Of a stretch of 64,000 nucleotides of DNA, positions 23,730 to 35,136 are shown piece after piece. Below the pieces are notes generated by a model. It worked only from the letters and a program-made list of their open reading frames with translations, was not told where the DNA came from and made no database searches. The position numbers and the translations under genes are program-made. Position 1 is the first letter of the stretch, and each line of letters opens with the position of its first letter. The DNA comes from Isurus oxyrinchus (lineage: Eukaryota): positions 310,001-374,000 of the forward strand of contig JANJGN010000301.1 in assembly GCA_026770705.1 (NCBI GenBank), written 5' to 3'.

Positions 23730-23985
23730 TTGGAGAACTGAACTGAGTGAACGGTGAGAGTGGTAGAGCCTTTCCCTCGGTCCACAAATACTTGAAATCT
23801 TCCCTCAACTCTTTCATCACTGAACATGAGGAAGAAATGCACGGGAGCTGGATTGCGGAATTGCTGGTTCAAGAATATAAGTTCATTTGCAGCAAAAGTA
23901 GGGTGATGTTGACGCGAAATTGTTGTCCTTGTGTTCCCGATAAACCATTATCTGATTTATTTTCCAGCGGAAAGGACCAGCTTCC
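23730..23985 (-). pseudogene. 3'-truncated TCR V pseudogene (V12), paralog of V7
   Basis: QQFRNPAPVHFFLMFSDERVEGRFQVFVDRGKGSTTLTVHSVQFS; no YYC or RSS. Confidence 0.75.
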
Positions 23986-24277
23986 AAAGCCAGAATAAAA
24001 TCAACATAATGATATATAAAATTAAAATTAAATAAAGTGCTTGTGGAAATATGTAGACTAAGCTGATCAATCCACCCCTCATTACCTCTGTTGGCAAACC
24101 GACATTCAGGGTAAGTTCGGAGCTATTTCCCCTTTAAATGGAGGCATGGAGATAAGTTTACATATTTCGCAAAACCGCTTCTCTGTGGATTTGTTCAAGG
24201 ACAAACAGAGCAATAAAACCGTGGTAAATAGACCTGTCTGCTTCCCTGCTTTGGAACACGGGAACAAAAACCGCTGA

Positions 24278-24833
24278 GGTTTTTGTACGGGGTTCTAGCT
24301 GTGATCTAACACTGCACAGTAATACTCCACCCCGTCATCCACACTCAGTTCGCTTATATTGAGGTAACCGTTCTTTTGAGTCATGTCAGCAGCCGCCAGA
24401 TATCGTCCTGAAATTTCATCTTTCCTCTGTGCTAAGGCATTGGTAATAATCCATCTTGGTGGCTGTGCCGTCTGCTGCCGGTACCATTGCATGTAGTACA
24501 TATTCCGATCTGTATATTCAGTCTAACTGCACCGAACCTCCTTCTGGCACCGTTATTGCGACCGGGGACTGAGTTACTGGATCAGCGCAGAGTCCGCCTG
24601 TGAGTTGGAGAAATGAAATATCAAGCGGTTAAACAGTGTTGATCTCAAATTGTTTGTAGCTCCGTGAGTTTGTGGAACCTCCTATTTACCCAGCTGTCCA
24701 TCATATGGATATTTCTGATCGTTAATTGTTTTAAATACTATCGCAGTCTTTGTACATTCATCTACTAATCTGCCATGATTAACTAAATCCAGTATTTACT
24801 GCCCAACAGCGCCGCCAGTATTATCAGAAACAT
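24278..24833 (-). pseudogene. TCR V pseudogene (V13), paralog of V8; frameshift at the first Cys and heptamer deleted
   Basis: Leader MFLIILAALLG. GAC TG[2-nt deletion]AA at the first Cys. MQWYRQQTAQPPRWII...EYYCAV. Nonamer ACAAAAACC retained. Confidence 0.9.
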
Positions 24834-25954
24834 GTCTGACTTAAACTCTCACCGAATGTGAATGGAATGAGCCAGAGGTTGAAGAGGAGACAGGGAACCC
24901 GTGCTCTGTTCAGCTCATTGTTGCACCCACACACTTCAGGGTGCCAGGCCTATTGTGACATCACTCAGGAAATCTTCCTTATTGGCTTTCGCGTTTCCAC
25001 CACGTGACTCAGCGACGCCCATGCTTGAACTAGACGTCCTCCCCTGGTAAATTCGGTTCAATCCGTGTTCGGATGCTGCCATTGATTGGATCCAGGTTTT
25101 ATTGAAATGCATATCAAGGCACCAACGTTACCCAAGAGTCTAAATTGGAGCTGTTTAGACACAACCCTATGCTGATGTTAATGTGGAAGCTTGGTGTTAA
25201 CTCTGCAGAAATCATCGCTGGAGCTTTCTGTGCAAATCATGGGTGTGACGAAGTAGAAGGAATGTCAAGATTTTGGAGAAAGTGCAGACACGGTACATGA
25301 TAGGGAAACTTGGATTCTTGTGCTCGTAACAAAGGAGGTGGAAGAGAGACTCAACTGATGTGCTAAAATTATGCCCTTTTGACAGATTCAAACGCAATTG
25401 TTACTATTATCGGAAGATTTAGTAACTAAATCATTTCGATTTCATGAAAACAACAGAGAGGGAAAGATCTGTTTTATTCATTACATTAGGTGTTTTACCG
25501 TCTGGAATAAGGTACCTGAAATGATGGGGGAAGAGGATCCAATCGTAAATTTCAATAGGGTGTTGTTTATTAGTTGAAATAGGAATAAATGTGGAAAATG
25601 TGGGTTGCGAAAGACTCTTTCGAATAGACACAGATACGGTAAGCGGAGTTTTCATTCCGCCCTGTACCTTTCTCTGATTCTGGCCCCTCCCTGCCCCACC
25701 CGGATTATCAGTCACATGCTTTCTGAACAGGTGCAGGATGCCCACAGTCTCCTGGAGCTTCAACCGTCCCTACTGCAATTCCGGCTGCAGCTGATCACCG
25801 CCGCGGACTTTTATCAGTTTTCAATCTGCTGCATCCCCGGCCGCATCTTCCATTTGTTCTATTCCTCCGACACGATTTTGTTCTTGGAGGTATCGCATTC
25901 GTTGGTCTATTCTTGCCATTTGATAGATCAGCAGTGCAGTGAACCAGGGACCTG

Positions 25955-26222
25955 ATCTGAATCTGAGATGAGGGGAAATTGTGTTTTCACCCGGAGGGTT
26001 GTGAGTCCTTGGAACTCTGTTCCTGAGCAGGCGGTGGAAACAGAGCCTTAAATATTTTTAAGACAAAAGTGGATATATTTTTCTTAAGGTAGTGGGTGAT
26101 AGATTATCGGGGGTAATTGGGATGCAGATTTCAGATTATAATCAGATCATCCATGATCTTATTAATTTGCGAAGCAGGCTCGAGGGGCTGAATGGCCTCC
26201 TGCTACTTATTCGTATGCTTGT
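25955..26222 (+). mobile_element. CR1-type LINE 3' end fragment
   Basis: gagatgaggggaaattgtgtttt...ggctcgaggggctgaatggcctcctgctac, homologous to 44.95-45.2 kb. Confidence 0.7.
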
Positions 26223-26616
26223 GTGACCTGACAGATAATTTCCCGCACGGAAGATCGACAGACTCAAGGATTATCACTGTTAAAATTTCGGTCAGCCGTC
26301 ACAGAGCGGAATCACATGTACACATATTCAGTAAAATGTCCGATTCGACTCATCTGATTATAGTCCTACAAGTAATCATTATTGAAGGTTTTATCACAAC
26401 AAAGGCCGCGATTAGCGAGTAACTGTTTCTCCTATTGGATACTTTATGCTGTGACTGTTACAATCTCTGATCAAAGCCGCAATATGAAGGGTTTCATAAA
26501 GCCCACGGCAGACCAGCTCACAGCTTCCGTTTGCGGCACTGGCTCTGAACCGTCTTGCTTCCCCTGTTTTATTGGAGAGGTCGCTGCAGCTGTTCAGGGG
26601 CTGTAACCAGGAGGGA

Positions 26617-27072
26617 GGTTTTTGTACAGCGACTGCCGCCTTTCCTCCCAGTGTGAGACTCTATCACACATTAATACACAGCGGTATCCGCCCTTTCCGT
26701 CTTCTCAATGACCAATTGGCCGCGTTTGTCCGCAGTGGAAAGTTCCAATTCGAATCGGTCTTTTCTCTCTTTGCCAGACGAGAACCTGTTCACAACAAAC
26801 TCCAGTCCCTGACCAGGATTCTGTCTGTACCAGTACATTTCCTAAGTGTTGGACATGTCATAGCTGCAGTGTATCTGCACCGAATTCCCGCTCTGTACGG
26901 TTCTCGCAGTGGGAAATTGGGACACTTGTTCCGAGCGACATCGACCTGCAAAAACATTCAGAAAATGAGAAATTGGAGCAACATGTGGAAAATAGACACT
27001 CTCTACAGGTTACAGAATAAATCCCTTCTACTTACAAATTTGCAGCACTAGAATGACAGGGAGTAGGTTCAT
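26617..27072 (-). pseudogene. TCR V pseudogene (V14), close paralog of V1 with two nonsense codons
   Basis: TAG in CDR1 (26844-26842) and TAT-TAA-TGT in YYC (26673-26671). Intact leader and splice sites. RSS CACACTG-23-ACAAAAACC. Confidence 0.92.
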
Positions 27073-28614
27073 TTCTGTCGCGTAATGCATTCCTGCAAGT
27101 AAAGTATCAGTAAGAAAAGGAAGCCCAGCTCACATCAGCAGAGCACGGAGCACCTGAACGAAGTCATCAGTCGGTTAATGTGACCTGCAAGGATAATGTT
27201 CCAGTCACGTGATTCTGCTACTTTTGGATTGGTTGGAAATAGACTTTGTTCCCATGACGTAAGGATGTCGTTTTTGACCCCCTGCTCCTTTCTCCATCGG
27301 TTCCCATCAGAACAAGTCAATTGTCGAAACGCCAAGAATTTCCTTTACTCCTTGTGGCGGAAAGTGAGCAGAACGTAAAAACTTTGAGGCACTGAATCTC
27401 CAAAGGGACAAACTTGGGTTCCGAGTCTTTGTAAACATTTGAAACTCTGTACAACGATGTCTTAAAGAATGAAGGCAGCCCGTTGTTAAAATCCCATCTT
27501 ATCAGTTCTGGTGCTGGAATTGTACATTCAAACTCCCATAGCTGTAAGATTCCTGAAACTGGATCGGGAAACAATTGAAGAAAAAAGCATTGGCGCTTCT
27601 CAGTAATTAATCATACACCTGTGTACAGCTCCTGGGAGCATTGCCTGTGGAGCTGGTTCAAAGCCCCATAGGGCCAGGGAAAGGGTGTTGTCCAGATAAC
27701 AGGAAGGGAGCGATAGCTGGTTGTGAAAGTCTGCCCTCACAGCTTTTACACAAATTAGCAAAGGATGCGATGCGGAGAGAGAAACCAAATGCAGGACGGG
27801 GTCCGTTTATCATTTTCCATTTGGGTAGCTTTATTCAGAGTGAGGACATAGTTCTTCTCAGATGAATATTTTCCATCTTTGCTGTGACCTTTAATGATTA
27901 TGTGAACAGAAATTTCTACTAATCAAACTTTCTATAATTGTGCTCTTGACGTTGTTATTCGTGATATTAGCAAAGGGAAGCTTAATAGCTACTGCATTAC
28001 TGAATGTGATATAACAATTGTAGGTATAATATATTATCTTAAATCTTTCAGCAGTTTAGTAGCTGAAGTAACTTGACTCTGATTTCAGAATCAGTAGGTT
28101 GTGGACTCAAGTTCAGAATCTGAACATAATTACCAGTATTCCAGTCTGGGCGCTAAAAAGGCATTATCTTTTCCGGGACGTCATGAACCTTGGCTGTTGG
28201 GGTGGGAATTCTAATATATCTGTACACTTTTGATAATGAATACATAGTGTGTAGATAAGTGAAAATCTTTTCTAGAGGTGATCAGGCTGATGAGTGTCTG
28301 GCAGGGGGGCAGCGGCCTCTCGGAGCCTCGTTCATTGCTCCCTCTGAAAGGAGGCGTTCCGTCACCCTGGATTAATCTTCACTGAGGCTGAGAAGGGAAT
28401 CAGTTGAAACAGGGGAATATGAGAGGAAAACACAATGACACTCCGGAGCCTTGTAGGAACAGCGAACATGGGCATCCAGCTCTAATTTTAACAGATACCT
28501 GTAGAAAGGGCTGTAATTCCCCTCCGAGGAATTACCCACCGATTTGAATGTTCCTGGTAAGAGATGAAATCAAAGCTGACAAAATGTCGTTTTGAATATA
28601 GGTGACCCATGTTC

Positions 28615-28835
28615 GGGGAAGACGGTAGCGTAATGGTCTCACTGGACGAGAAATCCAGAAGCTCAGATTAATGCTGTGGGGACACGCGTTCAAATAACAA
28701 CTCTGGAATACAATACAGTAATATTGACCACGGCCACTATCACCGATTGTTGTAAAAACCTTTCTGGTTCACTAAAGTCCTTGAGGAAAGGAAATCTGGC
28801 GTCCTTACCTGGCCTGGCTTATATTTGACTCTAGC
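28615..28835 (+). mobile_element. tRNA-derived SINE
   Basis: ggggaagacggtagcgtaatgg...cgttcaaat...tctggttcactaaagtccttgaggaaaggaaatctg. Confidence 0.65.
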
Positions 28836-29457
28836 AATACTTCAATCACTACTACTCAGCAGACTGAGATTAAAGCACAGGGTGGAGTTTCCTTAACCGT
28901 ACACTGCGATACACAAGGGGAAGTTTTTGTTTAACCGTACACTGCGATACACAAGGGGAAGTTTTTGTTTGGCCTCTCAGCGCAAAACTCAAAGTTGTTT
29001 TAGCATTATCATGATGTCATTCTTACAGACAGTTTTTTCTTTGTTTAAGGTGCAAAAGGTAACTGTTGCGCAGTGTGAATACTTCCGTGTAAACGCAAAT
29101 ATTCCAATAGGATTATGTTGATGCTTTCAATGACTCCCCAAACAGCGGAACGAAATAGACCAACACTCAGTAAAGTGGCTGTGGTATATAATCCCACAAT
29201 GATGTAATGGTAAAGCTTTCTTCACACTAAAGACTGCACTCACTGATTGACCGTCTTCTCAGTCCGATACTGTACGACGTGATGGAGATTTCTGATCAAA
29301 ACAGTTCTCAACTGGGAGTTCGATACACGTTTTGCGCTATCATTGCCAACAGCAACCTCGCTCACTGCCTCTTTCTGCTGCTCTCGTTCTTCACCGTCTT
29401 GCCTGCCCTGTGTTGGAGATATTGCTGCAGCTATCCCGGAACTGCAAACAGGAGCGA

Positions 29458-29931
29458 GCCTTTTGTACATTGACTGCCGCATTTCCTCTCAGTGCGTGGC
29501 CCTAACACAAAGTAACACCGAGCATACCGCACTGTACCCCGGATTAATGCCCCGCGCACTCCATGTTCTCAATAACCCCGTTTCTCCACAGTGGAAAGCC
29601 AAATTCAAAGCGCCACTCTTCTCCCTATCAGTGAATGCTCGCATTGTTACCCAGTCCAGTCTGCGACCGGATTTCCGCTCGTACAAATGCAGGGGCGTAA
29701 ATATTGGACACGTCATAGCTGCAATTTATCTGCACCGAATCCCTGGAGTCTAGAGCACTGTCCTAGAATGGGAGACTGCAGCACTGCGTTCGAGAGACAT
29801 CGACCTGTACAAACATCGAAACAATGAGACACAGGAGCAAGGTGAGCACAAAAAATCAACACTGCGAGTTATTGAGTACAGATCCTGTATCTACATATCA
29901 GCAGAACCAGAATAACGAGTGACAGATTCAT
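29458..29931 (-). pseudogene. TCR V pseudogene (V15), paralog of V2
   Basis: Leader MNLSLVILVLLI. Frameshifted exon (...DSVQINCSYDVSNIY...). RSS CGCACTG-23-ACAAAAGGC. Confidence 0.82.
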
Positions 29932-30538
29932 TACATCTTTGCAATTCAAATGCCAATAAGAAAACGAAACACAACTCACATCAGGAGAACATGAAATCAG
30001 AGCAACACATTGAATGGTCTAATTAATGTCAGAGCCACCCCGTTAAATTCTCTATTGCGTGCGTTTTCTGCTTTTAGATTGTTTGCAAATCTTCATTCTT
30101 CACTCACGCTGTAATATTGTTGATTGTCTGTTCTCTTTACCAGCGGTTAGTTGTCTAAAGACCAGCTAGTGCCTCTTGTCCTTGAGTGGGTGGTGAGGGG
30201 AACAGAACCTCTTTCGGATGATGACTATTGAAATGGACTTTTCTGGCGCTTGAAGTTCCAATCCAGTAAAAATTCCTTTCGATAGAATAGGTGGAACTTG
30301 TTTAACTCTACCGTGCAGAGGAGTAAACACATTCAACCCAGCCTGAATATCCCTTTTGTTCTGGGATGAATAGAGATGTTAAACTACATGCCATAAATAT
30401 GTAAGGATATTCAGGTCAGCCTGTACAATTTATTCAGTTTAGAATGGATGAAATGAATGCACTTGTACACCATAAGTGAGTCAAAACATATAGGAGAGCA
30501 AGTAGACGTGTAGAGGTTGTCTGGCAGGAGTCTGCAGT

Positions 30539-30577
30539 AGATATTGTATTGGAGCACTCAGTCTTTGTCTCACAGTG
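30539..30577 (-). other. Non-canonical 23-RSS of V16
   Basis: CACTGTG, 23 nt, ACAATATCT; identical heptamer, spacer and nonamer in V3. Confidence 0.8.
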
Positions 30578-30978
30578 CTTCGTTGCACAGTGATAGACTC
30601 CAGCATCTGAAACCACGGTTCTGCTAATACCGAGAGTGCTATAACTTCTTGCTGGGTCAATAAAGAGCGTGAACCGCCCATCAGTGCTGTTGCCTTTGAA
30701 GGCATATATGATAAATTTCGGACTACGGTTCTCCAGTTGTCTGTACCACTGGGTGCTCTCCGAACCGCTTGTTGATGCATTGCACCGGATTTCAATTGAT
30801 TGACCCTCTTGTGCAAACACCTGCTTTGGTTGGTGAATCGCAGCCTCTCCGCAGGTCACTGTTGAAAAGGGAGGACACGGAAATGAGAAAAAAAGAAATA
30901 GCAAAAAAAAAAACACCGATTTTTCAGCACAAAACACTCACCTAAAATCAATAAATTGAAAGTCACTATTCCATTCAT
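30578..30978 (-). CDS. TCR alpha/delta-type V segment (V16), coding-intact
   Basis: Leader 30978-30942 MNGIVTFNLLIL, donor GTGAGT. Exon from 30858: VTCGEAAIHQPKQVFAQEGQSIEIRCNASTSGSESTQWYRQLENRSPKFIIYAFKGNSTDGRFTLFIDPARSYSTLGISRTVVSDAGVYHCATK. Confidence 0.9.
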
Positions 30979-31159
30979 TGCGTTTCCCTGGATTTTGCGC
31001 TTGGTGGACCATAAATATTATCGGAAATTCGATTTAGCTTGAGATGACTCTGATGTGCAACCGATTATATTATTTCCTGCTTGTTATGAAGGTACGTGCC
31101 TCATATATTCACCGAGGGACGGCTAACAGTCCAATCATCACATCTTCGTCTCACTGACA

Positions 31160-31174
31160 CGCCCTCTGGTGGCC
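31160..31174 (-). promoter_or_regulatory. CTCF-binding-element-like motif in the V16 promoter
   Basis: GGCCACCAGAGGGCG on the minus strand; paralogous copy at 4254-4265. Confidence 0.55.
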
Positions 31175-31210
31175 TTGTTTCTCATTACTTGACAACAAAC
31201 AACAGTGATC

Positions 31211-31922
31211 GGCTTTGCAGAACACCTGCGGTCTGTCCGCAAGAATAACCCAAACCTCCCTGTCGCTTGCCATTTTAACACTCCACCCTGCTCTCTTGCC
31301 CACATGTCTGTCCTTGGCTTGCTGCATTGTTCCAGTGAAGCCCAACGCAAACTGGAGGAATAACACTTCATCTTCCGACTAGGCACCTTACAGCCTTCCG
31401 GTCTGAATATTGAATTCAACAACTTTAGGTCGTGAGCTCCCTCCCCCATCCACAACCCCTTTCTGTTTCCCCCTGTTTCCCTTTTTTCCCTATAAATTAT
31501 ATAGATTTTTCTTTTCCCACCTATTTCCATTATTTTTAAATATTTTAAAATCTTTTATGCTCCCCCCACCCCCACTAGAGCTGTACCTTGAGTGCCCTAC
31601 CATCCATTCTTAATTAGCACATTCGTTTAGATAATATCACCAACTTTAACTTTAACACCTATGTGTTCTTTTGTACCATTGTCACTGACATCTTTTGATG
31701 ATCTGCTTCTATCACTGCTTGTTTGTCTACACAACCACCTCTCTCTCTATCTCTCCGCCCCCCACACACGCTCCTTAAACCAGCTTATATTTCAACTCTT
31801 TCTTGGACTCGAAATCAAGTTCTGTCGAAGGGTCATGAGGACTCGAAACGTCAACTCTTTTCTTCTCCGCCGATGCTGCCAGACCTGCTGAGTTTTTCCA
31901 GGTAATTCTGTTTTTGTTTTAC
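31211..31922 (+). mobile_element. 5'-truncated Penelope-like element (end of GIY-YIG + pseudo-LTR) with a 15-bp TSD
   Basis: Near-identical to 41449-42163. Flanks caaacaacagtgatc (31196-31210) and caaacaacagtgctc (31923-31937). Empty site at ~4290. Confidence 0.92.
31818..31856 (+). ncRNA. Minimal hammerhead-ribozyme-like motif (PLE type)
   Basis: agtt CTGTCGA agggtc atgag gactc GAAA cg TC aact. Confidence 0.65.
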
Positions 31923-33049
31923 CAAACAACAGTGCTCTCTGAGACCCAGCAGAAAATTGTGACGTGGTGAGTCAGACGCTTGTCCTTTGACAATATTGGA
32001 CCTAGAGAGAAATCCAGGCTAGCCTGAGTGTGATCGAGACCTTTGATGAGAACCGATTAGGTCAAAGGTACAGACAATGGCCTTTCACCAGCACGGATTT
32101 GGTTCTAAATCCAATGGAGGCACAAATTACGGGTATATATTGTCCAATGGGGAATGGCACATCAGTTCTGTTGGCTCTGGCATACCCCTCCGTTCAAATC
32201 GAACCCATGAATCGAGTAAAGCAGCATTTGGTTTTGGGTGGACAAGGTTTTAACTTTCATAATGTGGATTTTAGGCTTATTGTTGTAGCAGAGCCCTCCA
32301 TACGTGTGGCGCAGATTGTACCGACTACAAAGGCGTACCATGAACGGTCACCCAACCCCTGAAATGAAAATATTTTCGATGAATCACAAACCATCGGCGC
32401 ACCAGCTGGTTGCCCAAAGGGTGAGTACTTGTTCTTGAAGCATGTCACAGTCACTGCGGGACTTGAGTGCAAAGTCAAGGCTGAAAATCCAGTCCACTAC
32501 CGAAAGAGTCCTTCACTGTCCGAGATGCCATCTTTCGGATGAAGCTTAAAATAGAGACCCCACCTGCCCTTTCTGGTGGATATAATTTAACTCCTGGCAG
32601 CACATTGTCCAGGTCAATGTTTATTCCTCAATCAACATTACAATTACAGATTATTTCGTCATCACATTGCTGCTTGTGGGAACTTGCTGTGCGCATTTTG
32701 GCTACAAAGTTTTCTACATTGCAATAGTGAATACAGTTCAAAAGTACTTCTTTGGCTGTTAAGCACTTTAAGACACCGTTGGTCTTGAAACAGGGAGAGA
32801 CATGGGGAAATGACTGAGGGAAAGATGGAGACAGCAACACGGAAAGAGATGCCGGGAGAAAGACTGAGGGAGAGGCAGAAAGTGAAGCAGGGATACGGGA
32901 AAGAAATGAAGGAAAGAAGTGGAGTAAAAGACTGAGAGAGCAACAAGGATAGAGAGAGAGAACCTGTAGAGTAAAGGGCAAAAGTACAGGGAGAAAGGCC
33001 GAGGGAGAGACTGACAGAGAATAAAAAAGAAAAGGAAACTGAAAATGGA

Positions 33050-33320
33050 TTTTCCTGGATTTTGCTCTTGATGTGCCTGAAATATTACAGGAAAATCGAT
33101 TTAACTTGGGATGACTCTGATGTGCAACCGATTATATTATTTTCTGCTTGTTATGAAGGTAATTGCCCCTTATATATTCATCGAGGGACGGGGAGGAACC
33201 CAATGATCAAATCTTCATCTCACTCACTGCAATGAGTGAAATAATGGCTTTCAATTTATTGATTTTAGGTGAGTGTTTGCTGAAAATCCGTGTTAAAGTG
33301 GTTTTTGTTATTTATTTCTC
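33050..33320. other. Orphan V promoter + leader copy with an internal inversion
   Basis: 33050-33228 is a direct copy of 30983-31157. 33229-33320 is an inverted copy of 30981-30890 (ATG...TTAG|GTGAG on the plus strand). Confidence 0.85.
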
Positions 33321-33759
33321 AGGGAGAAAGGCTGAGGGAGAGACTGAGAGAGAATAAAATAGAAAAAAACTGAAACTGAAAAGAGATAAAAAGATGGACA
33401 GGCACTGAGGGAAGTGACAGAGCAAGGAGGGAAATAGACGAGGATACAGTAAGGGAAGAAGACATAGAGTCTGAGAAATGTAAAGTACCAAATGAAGAGT
33501 CAGCGGGAGAAACAGAGGGAGAGGCAATGAGAGGGACAGTATTAAAGTGGAAGCAGGAATTCCAGGAAAGGGAATTAGATCATAACATAGGGAGTTAGAA
33601 ATTAGCACAACATCTGGGAAGAGTATCCCTCGAAATATATTTTAAGTTAAACTGCGACCGTAAGACAAGTTGACACGGATTCAATCCAGCAAAATGTACC
33701 TTTAGGACTAAGGTCAAGAGAGAGAGAGATGGTCACTCAGAGACTCGCCAAAGATTCAC

Positions 33760-34835
33760 TTATAATGGATTTTCCTCCTACTTCTGAATCTCTGTTGTCC
33801 CCCAAGGATCTTTCCTTGGTGCCCTCCTGTTACTAATCCACATACTGCCTCTTGGCGGCATCATCTGAAAACACAACCTCAGTTTTTACATGTGCGCTGA
33901 CAACACCAAGCTCTACCCGACCATCACCTCTGTCGACCCCTCCCCTGCTGCTAAATTATCAGACTGCTTATCCAACTTCCAGTACCTGATCAGCAGAAAT
34001 TTCTCTCATCAAATATTGGGAAGACTGAAACAATTGTTTTCAGTCCGCGCTCCAATCTCCATTTCTTAGTTGAAGACTCCATCCGTCTCCATGACAACGT
34101 CCTGAGATTAGGCCAGTTTATTTGCAACTTTGTTGTTACATTTGATCCCGAGATGAGTTTCCGACTTCATCTCCATGCCATTTCTAAGGCCGCCTTTTTC
34201 CACTTCCGTATAGTCGGCCCACTTTGCCCCGCCTCTGCCCATCTGCTCGTGGAAACACCCTCAATGACTTGGTTAGCTCTCGATTCAGCAACTGCAACAT
34301 TTTCCTGCCTGGCCTTCCACATTCCGTCACTGGTAAACTTAATCTCATCTAAAAATCGGCTGCCAGGGTCTTGACAAGCGACAAGTCCTGCTTCATTAAG
34401 AGCGCCTGTGCTCCCTGGCCTACATTAGCTCCTACTCGAGTAACATGCTGATTTTAGTATTCTCATCCTTGTTTTCAAATCTCTCTCTGCATGGCCGCGC
34501 CCCGCCCTATCTCTGTCGTCTCCTTGAGCTGCACAACTCTACAAGATCTCTGTGCTACACTGATTCTGGCCTCTTGAGCATTCCCGATTTTAATCACCCC
34601 GGAATTGGACGCCGTTTCATTGCTGGCAGAGCACTATTCCCGTAATGCCCGCTTTACACTTCTCTATCTCTCTTTTCTCTTTTAATACCTTCCATAAAAT
34701 CCGTTCTCGTTGAAGCAGCTTTTGATCATCTACCCTAATTTCCCTTTAGGGGACTTGCTGTCATATTAATGCTGCTGCGTAGTGACTTGGGGCCTTTCAT
34801 TTGATTAACAATGCTATGTAAATATGAATTGCTTT
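33760..34835 (+). mobile_element. Decayed L2-like LINE (RT C-terminal half and 3' end)
   Basis: gttgtcccccaaggatct...(VPQGS-like), CADNTKLY motif, L2-type 3' end. Confidence 0.7.
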
Positions 34836-35136
34836 TGTCGTTGTGGTCAACGCTTGGAATGGAAACCGAGCCAAGTGACAGGTTTCAAAACCAAGGAATT
34901 AGTTTTGTACTTACCAGAGGAAACGGTAGGGGAGCAGGGCATTTCTAGACGGACGAATTAAGATGGGGCGAAAGGCCTTCCTCATTCACCAGTACCTTGT
35001 GATCTTTTGACCGACCTGCTGCAGTCAACGTCCAAAAACGATGGTGCAGCGCCGTCTCATGGCGATGTGAGGTAAATGATCTCTGCCTGGGAATTCAATA
35101 ATGCCTTAAATTGCTGAAGGATTTGGTTGCATTGTT

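Noticed and set aside
26572-27051. 159-aa plus-strand ORF
   Set aside because: Antisense shadow of V pseudogene V14.
28288-28350. CTGATGAG as a hammerhead core
   Set aside because: No stem II followed by GAAA at a suitable distance.
28893-28968. Perfect 38-bp tandem duplication
   Set aside because: Simple local duplication or assembly slip with no evident function.
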